From the NCBI GenBank assembly GCA_040772005.1, contig JAXGYZ010000013.1, forward strand, positions 8,241-72,240: DNA of 64,000 nt, in the 5' to 3' direction. This document shows positions 56,116-64,000 of this stretch, piece by piece (positions within the stretch are counted from its first letter, which is position 1; every line of letters starts with the position of its first letter). Origin of the DNA: Anaerolineae bacterium. GTDB taxonomy: Bacteria > Chloroflexota > Anaerolineae > CG2-30-64-16. The notes below the pieces were generated by a model. The model was given only the letters and a program-made list of their open reading frames with translations. It did not search any database and had not been told where the DNA came from. The translations under genes were made by a program, and so were the position numbers.

Positions 56116-58125
56116 ATGCTCTTAGGAGTCGCTTACTACCCCGAGCACTGGCCGCGGGAGCGGTGGGAGGTGGACGCACGGCTGATGGCCGAGGCGGGTA
56201 TCACGCGCGTCCGCATGGGCGAGTTTGCCTGGCATCGCATGGAGCCTGAGCCGGGCCATTTCGAGTTCGGCTGGCTGGAGGATGCGATTAATTTGCTGGG
56301 GCGCTACGGCATCGAGACGATCCTCTGCACGCCCACGCCGACTTACCCTGCTTGGTTACACGCCAGGTATGAGGACATTCACCAGGTCAAGAGCAACGGC
56401 CAGGTCAAGGAGTTCGGCCAGCGGCAGGACGCGTGCAAGAACCATCCGGGCTACCTGCAGTATGCGCGGCGCATCGTTGAGCGGATCACTGAGGCGCTCG
56501 GCGACAATCCCCACGTCGTCGCCTGGCAGACCGACAACGAGTTCGGCTGTCACGACACGGCCCGGTGCTATTGCAGCAACTGCGGCCGCGCGTTTCAGGC
56601 TTGGCTGCGGGCCCGATTCCATGACGATATCGCCGCACTCAACGCGGCCTGGGGCACCTTCTTCTGGAGCCAGGACTATAACAGCTTCGAGGAAATTCCC
56701 ATCCCCCGCGACACCGCGGACCGGACCGCGAACGACGGCCAGAACCCCGGCCTGGTGCTCGATTTCTACCGCTTCTCGTCGGATGTGCAGGTGGCATTCC
56801 ATCGCGAGCAGGCGGAGATTATCCGGCGCAACTCGCCCGGCCGTCCCATCACGCACAACCTGATGGGCCTGTTCCCGCACATCGAGTATTACGACCTCGC
56901 CGCCGAGCTGGACATCGTCTCCTGGGACAACTACCCGTTCGCGATGAACGGCACGAACCTCCCGCCGCAGCCGCTGCCGCATGACCTGATGCGCGGGCTG
57001 AAGCAGCAGAATGTGTGGGTGATGGAGCAGGGGTCGGGCGCGGGCGGCTGGGGCAGCTACCCGGCCACGCCGCAAGCGGGCCAGATGCGCCTCTGGGCCT
57101 ATCAGGCAGTGGCGCGCGGCGCGGACATGATCAGCTTCTTCCGCTGGCGTTCTTGCCGCTGGGGCCGCGAGCAATACTGGCACGGCGTCCTCTACCATCA
57201 CGGCATCCCCCAGCGGCGCTACCACGAGGCCCAGCAGCTCGGGCAGGAGTTCGCCGCGCTCTCGCCGGAATTGGACGGCAGCACGGTCGAAAGCCCGGTC
57301 GCCCTGCTGTATGATTATCACAGCTTGTGGGCGCTGGAGACGCAGCCGAACACGGGCGATGGGTTCGGCTACATCGAGATGGCATCCGGGTGGGACCGGG
57401 CGCTCGCGCGGCTCGGCGTGACAGCCGATGCAGTGCGCATCGACGCGGATCTGGGCCGGTACAGGGTGCTCATTGCGCCAAGCCTGCACGTCTGCCCGCG
57501 CGAGACGGCGCGCCTGCTGGAGGCGTACATCGCAGGCGGCGGGACGCTCATCCTCGGCCCGCGCAGCGGCGTCAAGGAGGTCGAGGGCGCGATCGTGGAT
57601 GAGCTGTTGCCGGGCTTGCTGCGCAAGCTGGCCGGCTGTCACATCGAGGAGTACGATGCGTTCTCGAACGTGCCGGGGCTGGCGATGCACGTGCGGGATG
57701 CCGGCGGCACGCGCTACCGCAGCCACGGCCTCGCGGATGTGCTGGCACTGGAAGATGGAGCCGAGGCCGCGCTCTGGTACGACAATCACTACTACGCCGG
57801 GCAACCCGCGGCTGCACGCCACGAGGTCGGAGCGGGCCGCTGTTATTACGTGGGAACGGTGCTCGACGACACCGGGTTGGATAGCTTCCTGCGCGGCGTG
57901 CTGGGTGAGTCGAACGTGCCGGTCATCTCTGAGCTGCCCGCCAGTGTTGAAGTGACCTGCCGGGTGCGCGATGGACAATGCTACCGGTTCTATTTGAACC
58001 ACGCAGATGAGCCGGTCGAGATGGCTGCTCTCGCGCCGGGTACGGACCTGCTGACCGGCGCAGCGGTGACTCAGCAGGTCACGCTGCTGCCGTTCGGCGT
58101 ACTGATCGTCAAGGAGACCCCATGA
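56116..58125 (+). CDS. Beta-galactosidase, GH42
   Basis: YYPEHW, GEFAW, DNEFGC, WGTFFWSQ, SWDNYP, VMEQ, FRWR..EQYW. Confidence 0.92.
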   Translation: MLLGVAYYPEHWPRERWEVDARLMAEAGITRVRMGEFAWHRMEPEPGHFEFGWLEDAINLLGRYGIETILCTPTPTYPAWLHARYEDIHQVKSNGQVKEFGQRQDACKNHPGYLQYARRIVERITEALGDNPHVVAWQTDNEFGCHDTARCYCSNCGRAFQAWLRARFHDDIAALNAAWGTFFWSQDYNSFEEIPIPRDTADRTANDGQNPGLVLDFYRFSSDVQVAFHREQAEIIRRNSPGRPITHNLMGLFPHIEYYDLAAELDIVSWDNYPFAMNGTNLPPQPLPHDLMRGLKQQNVWVMEQGSGAGGWGSYPATPQAGQMRLWAYQAVARGADMISFFRWRSCRWGREQYWHGVLYHHGIPQRRYHEAQQLGQEFAALSPELDGSTVESPVALLYDYHSLWALETQPNTGDGFGYIEMASGWDRALARLGVTADAVRIDADLGRYRVLIAPSLHVCPRETARLLEAYIAGGGTLILGPRSGVKEVEGAIVDELLPGLLRKLAGCHIEEYDAFSNVPGLAMHVRDAGGTRYRSHGLADVLALEDGAEAALWYDNHYYAGQPAAARHEVGAGRCYYVGTVLDDTGLDSFLRGVLGESNVPVISELPASVEVTCRVRDGQCYRFYLNHADEPVEMAALAPGTDLLTGAAVTQQVTLLPFGVLIVKETP

Positions 58126-59636
58126 CGCGCATCCTCTACATCGATATCGATACGCTGCGGCCCGACCACCTGGGCTGCTACGGCTACCACCGGAACACCA
58201 GCCCCAACCTGGACCGCATCGCGGCGGAGGGCGTGCGCTTCGAGAACTGCTACGTCTCTGACGCGCCGTGCCTGCCCTCGCGCGCCGCGCTCTATACGGG
58301 CCGCTTCGGCTATCACAACGGAGCCATCAATCACGGCGGCGTGGCTGCGGACCTGCTGCACGAGGGCCGCGACCGCGGTTTCCGCGACGAGATGTGGCGG
58401 ACCGGGTGGATCACCCAGTTGCGCGCTGCGGGCCTCTACCCGGTCAGCGTCAGTCCCTTCGGGGAGCGGCACTCCGCCTGGTGGTGGCATGCGGGCTGGC
58501 GCGAAATCTACAACACGAGCTTCGGCGGCCTGGAGCTGGCGGACGATGTGACCCCGGCCGCGCTGGAATGGCTCAAGCGCAACGCGGCCTCGGACGACTG
58601 GTTCCTGCACGTCAACTACTGGGACCCGCACACGCCGTACCGGACGCCGCCGGAGTTCGGCAACCCGTTCGAGCATGACCCGCTGCCTGCGTGGCTGACC
58701 GAGGAGATGCGCCAGCGGTGCTGGGACGGCTTCGGCCCGCACTCCGCGCAGGAGCCACATGACACCGTGCCATCGCCCGAGTGGCTGGCGAACCTGCTGC
58801 GGAAGTATCCGCGCCTGCCGGAGCAGCTCGATTCGATGGACGCGGTGCGCCGGTGGATCGACGGCTATGACACGGGCATCCGCTACGCCGACACGCATGT
58901 GGGTTACCTGTTGGATGCGCTGGCCGAGGCCGGGGTGCTGAACGACACGCTCATCATCGTCAGCTCGGATCATGGCGAGAACCAGGGCGAACTCAACGTC
59001 TGGGGCGACCATCAGACCGCAGACCACATCACGTCGCGCGTGCCGTTGATCGTGCGCCCGCCGGCCCGCGTGGCCGAGGCGTGGGGCCTGCAGAACGTCC
59101 CGCGCGTGGATCGTGCATTGCACTATCACTTCGACTGGGCCGCGACCCTCGTGGAACTGCTCGGCGGGCAGGTGCCCGACAACTGGGACGCGCGACCCTT
59201 CACCGAGGCGTTCCGTGCGGGCAGCGAGACGGGCCGAGACTTTCTCGTGGTCAGCCAGGCCGCGTGGTCGTGCCAGCGGACCGTGCGCTTCGAACACGAG
59301 GGCGCGTCCTGGCTGTGCATGCGCACGTATCACGACGGGTACAAGGATCTGGAGCCGGTGATGCTGTTCAACCTGTCGGAAGACCCACATGAGCAGCACG
59401 ACCTGAGCCGCGAGCGGCCGGACCTGGTCGCGCTGGCGATGGGCCACCTGATGGACTGGCAGTCCGAGATGATGCTCACTGCACGCACGAACGTGGACCC
59501 GATGCTGACCGTGTTGCGCGAAGGCGGCCCGCTGCACACGCGGGGCGTGCTGCCCGCGTACCTGGCGCGGCTGCGCGAGACAGGACGCATCGGGCACGCC
59601 GAGCGCCTCGCCCGCCTGCACCCCGCGGAGGCGTAG
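58122..59636 (+). CDS. Cys-type sulfatase
   Basis: IDIDTLRPDH, CLPSRAALYTG, WDPHTPY, SDHGE. Confidence 0.9.
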   Translation: MTRILYIDIDTLRPDHLGCYGYHRNTSPNLDRIAAEGVRFENCYVSDAPCLPSRAALYTGRFGYHNGAINHGGVAADLLHEGRDRGFRDEMWRTGWITQLRAAGLYPVSVSPFGERHSAWWWHAGWREIYNTSFGGLELADDVTPAALEWLKRNAASDDWFLHVNYWDPHTPYRTPPEFGNPFEHDPLPAWLTEEMRQRCWDGFGPHSAQEPHDTVPSPEWLANLLRKYPRLPEQLDSMDAVRRWIDGYDTGIRYADTHVGYLLDALAEAGVLNDTLIIVSSDHGENQGELNVWGDHQTADHITSRVPLIVRPPARVAEAWGLQNVPRVDRALHYHFDWAATLVELLGGQVPDNWDARPFTEAFRAGSETGRDFLVVSQAAWSCQRTVRFEHEGASWLCMRTYHDGYKDLEPVMLFNLSEDPHEQHDLSRERPDLVALAMGHLMDWQSEMMLTARTNVDPMLTVLREGGPLHTRGVLPAYLARLRETGRIGHAERLARLHPAEA

Positions 59637-59652
59637 CCTTCCAGGGATTATC

Positions 59653-59703
59653 AGAAACCCGTTTTCGTGTGAAGCTCCGCTTCACCTCAGAAAACGGGTT
59701 TCT
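59653..59703. repeat. 51-bp palindromic repeat, copy 2
   Basis: AGAAACCCGTTTTC...GAAAACGGGTTTCT; inverted relative of 39713-39763. Confidence 0.85.
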
Positions 59704-59729
59704 AGTGTATTACCTGTTTAGGAGTCTTG

Positions 59730-60863
59730 ATGTCTGTGACGAAGCGCGAGCGGCTGCTCGCGGTGCTGCGGGGCGAAGTGCCCGACTGCGTGCCCGTCTG
59801 CCCCGACATCTCCAACATGGTGCCCTGCCGGTTGACGGGTAAGCCGTTCTGGGACATCTACGTCTACAAGGACCCGCCGCTCTGGAAGGCGCACATCGAC
59901 GCGGTCAAGTACTTCGACCTCGACGGCGGCTGGGAATTGTACGACTTTGGCGACCTGTTCGGAGACAATGGTCCGGCCTGGGAGCAGAAGATCGTGCTGC
60001 GCCGGGAGGACGGCAGCTTCGTGACGCAGGACTACTGCCCGGCCACCGGCCAGTGGAGCCGCGTCGTCGCGGTTCACACGGCGGACAATCCACCGGCCAG
60101 CAACATCCGACCCGCACAGGTTGGCCTGGGACCGGAGCCGAAGGATTGGGAGGACATCACCGGCGTGCAGGAGTGGCCGACGGGGCTGGCGCTGTGGAAG
60201 CTGGCGAAGCAGGAGCTGGGCGACCATGGCGTCGTCGGCATGTGGAGCGGCGGCACGACCGCCATGCTGGGCCGGCCCGAGGACATCTACGAGTACTACG
60301 ACAATCCGGCGAAATGGCATCACTACCGCGACGAGATGATTCGCAAAGTCGAACAGCGCATGGCGATGATCGCCGCGCTGGACGACAAACCGGACTTCAT
60401 CTTCTGCGGCGGGTCAGGCTCGCTGGTGTTCCAGTCACCGCGCATCTTCCGCGAACTCTCGCTGCCCGTCCTCGTGCGGACGACCGAGCTGGCCTACGAT
60501 ATGGGCCTGCCCACGCACGTCCACTCGTGCGGGCCGGAGGCGCGGCTGGTGCAGATGGCTGTGGAGGAGACGAAGCTCACGGTCATCGATCCGCTGGAGG
60601 TGCCGCCGATGGGCGACTGCGACCTGGCGGAGCTGAAGCAGCGGTTCGGGAATAAAATCGTACTCAAGGGTAACCTGCACACTACCCGCACGATGCTCCA
60701 CGGCACGGTGGAAGACGTGGTCGCAGCGAGCCGCCGCGCCATCGACGATGCGGCTGCGGGCGGGCGCTTCATCCTCTCGACGGGCGACCAGTGCGGCCGC
60801 GACACGCCCGACGCGAACCTTCGTGCGATGGTCGAGACCGCACGCACGTATGGGAGGTATTGA
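59730..60863 (+). CDS. Uroporphyrinogen decarboxylase / MtaA-CmuA family protein
   Basis: TKRERLLA..PDCVP, HSCG, LKGNL, FILSTGDQC. Confidence 0.8.
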   Translation: MSVTKRERLLAVLRGEVPDCVPVCPDISNMVPCRLTGKPFWDIYVYKDPPLWKAHIDAVKYFDLDGGWELYDFGDLFGDNGPAWEQKIVLRREDGSFVTQDYCPATGQWSRVVAVHTADNPPASNIRPAQVGLGPEPKDWEDITGVQEWPTGLALWKLAKQELGDHGVVGMWSGGTTAMLGRPEDIYEYYDNPAKWHHYRDEMIRKVEQRMAMIAALDDKPDFIFCGGSGSLVFQSPRIFRELSLPVLVRTTELAYDMGLPTHVHSCGPEARLVQMAVEETKLTVIDPLEVPPMGDCDLAELKQRFGNKIVLKGNLHTTRTMLHGTVEDVVAASRRAIDDAAAGGRFILSTGDQCGRDTPDANLRAMVETARTYGRY

Positions 60864-60927
60864 TAGGACGCTGATGACATAGAAACGAGTAATCAGTAAC
60901 GAGTAAGAATTAGCCGGATCACCGTCA

Positions 60928-63192
60928 TCAGCGTTCTATGTCCTCGGTCCCCGGCGCGGAAGGCACGAGGATCGTGCTGATGGCCTGGATACTGGCGAGC
61001 AGGTTGCGCACGGAGAAACCCAGGCCGTGCGTGACGGTCAGCGTGTTGCTGATGACCGGGTCGCCCGTCGGGTCGCGCGAGGAGATGACGATGACCGGGA
61101 TGTCGCGAATCAGCGGGTCGCGGCCCTTTTCCTCCAGCACCTGGAAGCCATCCACCCCGGCCATCACCAGGTCGAGCAGCATCACGTCGGGTCGGCGGCT
61201 GCGCAGCATCGCGAGCGCGCGCTGGCCGTTTGTGACCTGCAGGAGCCGATAACCCCGCGCGTCGGCCTCCAGCATCCGCGCGAACAGGTGCAGCTCGTCC
61301 GGCTCATCGTCCACAATCAGCACGGTCTTGATGTCCTCGCCCAGCGCAGTCAGCTCGCTTAGCAGCCGGGCAGAGGTCAACGGCTTGACGAGATAGCGCA
61401 CCACGCCGAGCCGCCGCGCAGCCTCATCCTCGCCGGGCACCCAACAACTCACCGCGGGCGTGCCATAGGGCAGGGCGGTCAGCGCGCTCGGCGGGATCGC
61501 TTCGAGCGGCGACGCGTTGACGACGAGCGCCTGCGCAGGAGAGCGGTTCAGCTCCTCCATCGCAGCCTCGATGCTGCGCACCACCGTGCATTCCACGTCC
61601 GGCAGATAGCGTGTCAGCAGGCGTTGAAGCGTTTCTTCCTTCTCCAGCACGACCAGCCGGGGCGTCAGCTTCGGGGGCGGCAGCCGCGACGGCCGCGTGC
61701 GCGCCAGAAAGCCCACCTCGTCATCCGGCGTGAGCGCGCGGCGCACGCCCAGCGTCACATCGTCGGGCAGGGGCAGCTCGACCGGTAGCGCGAAGCTGAT
61801 GCGCGTGCCTTGGCCGCCTGCGCCATCTCCAGCCGGCTCCAGCGGGCTCTCCAGCCACATGCGGCCCCCGTGCATCTCCACGAACTGTTTGCTGATGGTG
61901 AGGCCCAGCCCGCTGCCGCCGTAGCGCCGCCGCACTGTGCCGTCGACCTGCTGAAATGGTGCGAAGATGCGCGCCTGATCCTTTGCAGCGATGCCGGGGC
62001 CGGTGTCCGCGACGCTGATGACGATCTCGCTATCCACGCGCTTGCACTCAATGCTGACCCCGCCGCGCTCGGTGAACCGGCCCGCGTTGCTCAGCAGGTT
62101 GATGAGCACCTCGCGGATGCGCGTCTCGTCGCAGAAGACCTGCGGCAGGCTCGGCTCCACGTCTGCGCGCAGGTAGAGGCCCTTAGAATCAAAGAGCGCC
62201 TTCACGGCAGCTGTCGCCGCCTCGACGGTATCGGCCAGTGCGGTCCATTCCCGGTTGAGCGCCATGCGGCCTGCCTCGACTTGGCTCAGGTCGAGCACGT
62301 CGTTCACGAGGTCCGCGAGGTGCTGACTGTTGCGGCGCACGGCCGCGATGTCGGTGAGTAGAGACGGGGGCAGCCGCCCGCCGTAGACCTGGGGCGAGCG
62401 GGCGATGATGTCGGTGAAGCCGATAATCATGTTGAGCGGCGTCCGCAGTTCATGGCTGACGTTGGCGACGAACTCCGCCTTTGCCTGCCGCGCTTCCTCC
62501 GCAATACGCTGAAGAGCCTTCAGCCGGTCCGACAGCCGCGCCAGCTCCCGGTTGGCCTTGAGCAGGTCCTCGCGCGCCAGGGTCAGTTCCAGCCGCTGCT
62601 CGCGCGCCTCCTCCAGGTGGAGGTTGGCCTGTTCGAAGCCCGACAGCGACCATTCCGTGACCGTCAGCAGCGGCTCCACGACCGCGCGGCCCAGCAGTCC
62701 GGTGAACGCGCCGGCAATCGGGATGGCCAGCGCCAGAGCCTGGGGCAGGGGGGCGCTGAACATCGCGGAGGTCGCCCACCAGGCCACCGCGAGCACGACC
62801 AATTCGCTCACCAGCGCGCCGGCCCAGCCCACCGTCACCATTGCGACCAGGGGCAGCAGCGCGAACGTCAAGGCGACGTGCGGCTGGTCCAACAGGAACA
62901 TCGCCAGCGCCAGCGCGGCGGCCAGGCCGCCCTGCCAGACGAGTTGCGCCAGGGCGTAATGCTGCGCGAGCAGCCGGTAGGCCGCCAGGCTGGTGACGAC
63001 GAGGACAAGCATCGACGCGAACATGCGCATCATCATGCTGCTTTCGCTGTTGCCCGATAGCACGATGGCGATGACGAGCAGGAAGATGCTGCTGAGGAGC
63101 AGGATATTGCGCGCCGTGGATTGCATGAGGTCGTTGGCCGTGTCCGCAGAATCGAGCTGCGAGCGCGACCCGGACCGTGTGACCTGCCACAT
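60928..63192 (-). CDS. Membrane hybrid sensor histidine kinase/response regulator
   Basis: Multiple TM helices, VSHELRTPL, NLLSNA, DTGPGI, GSGLGL, C-terminal IVDDE..LLDL receiver; ATG 63192 after GGAGG. Confidence 0.9.
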   Translation of the reverse strand: MWQVTRSGSRSQLDSADTANDLMQSTARNILLLSSIFLLVIAIVLSGNSESSMMMRMFASMLVLVVTSLAAYRLLAQHYALAQLVWQGGLAAALALAMFLLDQPHVALTFALLPLVAMVTVGWAGALVSELVVLAVAWWATSAMFSAPLPQALALAIPIAGAFTGLLGRAVVEPLLTVTEWSLSGFEQANLHLEEAREQRLELTLAREDLLKANRELARLSDRLKALQRIAEEARQAKAEFVANVSHELRTPLNMIIGFTDIIARSPQVYGGRLPPSLLTDIAAVRRNSQHLADLVNDVLDLSQVEAGRMALNREWTALADTVEAATAAVKALFDSKGLYLRADVEPSLPQVFCDETRIREVLINLLSNAGRFTERGGVSIECKRVDSEIVISVADTGPGIAAKDQARIFAPFQQVDGTVRRRYGGSGLGLTISKQFVEMHGGRMWLESPLEPAGDGAGGQGTRISFALPVELPLPDDVTLGVRRALTPDDEVGFLARTRPSRLPPPKLTPRLVVLEKEETLQRLLTRYLPDVECTVVRSIEAAMEELNRSPAQALVVNASPLEAIPPSALTALPYGTPAVSCWVPGEDEAARRLGVVRYLVKPLTSARLLSELTALGEDIKTVLIVDDEPDELHLFARMLEADARGYRLLQVTNGQRALAMLRSRRPDVMLLDLVMAGVDGFQVLEEKGRDPLIRDIPVIVISSRDPTGDPVISNTLTVTHGLGFSVRNLLASIQAISTILVPSAPGTEDIER

Positions 63193-63273
63193 AGGGGCCT
63201 CCGCCGGATGCAAAAAGACCTTCGAGGGTCTTCCGTCTGGCAGGAGTATAGCGTACGGCGGCATTTAACAGAA

Positions 63274-63346
63274 GCAGGGGCTGCCGGCAGTCGCCGGCAG
63301 CCCCTGCCGATCGCAGAGGAGTGCGCATCTGCGGATGCGCACTCCT
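63274..63346 (-). terminator. Two tandem GC-rich hairpins after the solute-binding protein gene
   Basis: GCAGGGGCTGCCGGC-AGTC-GCCGGCAGCCCCTGC and AGGAGTGCGCATC-TGCG-GATGCGCACTCCT. Confidence 0.65.
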
Positions 63347-63358
63347 GGGGTCAATCTA

Positions 63359-64000
63359 CTACTTGTACTTCGCGTCGTACGCGTCCTGGTAGATCTTCAG
63401 GAAGTCGTCCAGGCCGGAGTCGTTGAGATTCTGGATGTAGGTGTCCCAGTCCTTATCGACATCGGCTTTGCCGGTGACGAAGTTGGCGAACCACTCGTCC
63501 GCGGCGTTGAAGACGGTCGTATTGAGCTCACCGTACATCTTCGACTGGTCCGCGGTGAACACAAGCGGAGGAACAGCCTTGTCGGTGGTGCCGTAGGGCT
63601 CCATCAGGTTCTTGGTCCAGTCGTACAGCCAGCGCTCGAGCGGGTCATCGGGGTTGTACGCCTGCGCATTGCGGTAGTCGTTCGTGCGGAAGGTCGGGAT
63701 CGTCTGGCTCCAGTGGCGGTTCTGCGGATCGCCGCCCCAGGTCTTGAGCACGGTGTACAGCGCCTCGCCGCCGGAGATGGACTCCGTGCCGGGCTTCGAG
63801 CGCTCCCAGTCCTCACCCTCGACGCCGAACACAGAGTTGGTGGTGGACTCGAAACCGTAGGCCAGGTCGAGTAGGCGGAAGGCAGCCTCGGGGTTCTTGG
63901 CGACCCGCGTGATGACGAAGTTCGCCTGGCCGCCAGTCGGCTGGTAGATGGTGCGCGGGGTCTGCTGCATGCCGCTCGGTCCCTTGAGCGGGGCGATGGG
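63359..64000 (-). CDS. Carbohydrate ABC transporter substrate-binding protein (3' part; runs off window end)
   Basis: PLKGP.G, FVIT..KNPEAA..LD, FGVEGEDW, FVTGK.D.DKDWD.Y...L...G....IYQ.AYD (LplA-like C-terminus). Confidence 0.8.
   Translation of the reverse strand, partial: PIAPLKGPSGMQQTPRTIYQPTGGQANFVITRVAKNPEAAFRLLDLAYGFESTTNSVFGVEGEDWERSKPGTESISGGEALYTVLKTWGGDPQNRHWSQTIPTFRTNDYRNAQAYNPDDPLERWLYDWTKNLMEPYGTTDKAVPPLVFTADQSKMYGELNTTVFNAADEWFANFVTGKADVDKDWDTYIQNLNDSGLDDFLKIYQDAYDAKYK

Overview
High-GC bacterial chromosome segment. Gene content and protein style suggest Chloroflexota, Anaerolineae/Caldilineae-like (inference). It is almost fully coding, and I found no rRNA, tRNA, CRISPR array or transposase. 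Main blocks in order: (1) a DNA-processing operon of a degenerate UvrD-like helicase, an intact UvrD-like helicase, a stand-alone Fe-S PD-(D/E)XK nuclease and RecJ, behind a promoter with a LexA-like box; (2) a peptidase and peptidoglycan-peptide salvage cluster carrying two 173-bp MITEs, each with its own 9-bp target-site duplication; (3) a tandem-duplicated, eukaryote-type phosphofructokinase; (4) a GT2 plus a YfhO-like GT-C/flippase fusion; (5) rpsT and a cytochrome c maturation cluster with a Cys-type CcmE and a circularly permuted CcdA; (6) csoR-copZ-copA and lgt; (7) a split corrinoid methyltransferase (MetH-like) set with an ASKHA/RACo activator; (8) AOR, an MNT with a truncated HEPN-like remnant, ant(6), sulfatases, GH29/GH42, UroD/MtaA-like proteins, a hybrid kinase and a sugar-binding protein. 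Several families of palindromic repeats fill the intergenic spaces, and some sit in-frame inside genes. The best candidate for an undescribed system is the three-part, split AdnAB/AddAB-like helicase-nuclease operon with RecJ. All family calls come from motif recognition by eye, not from database searches.
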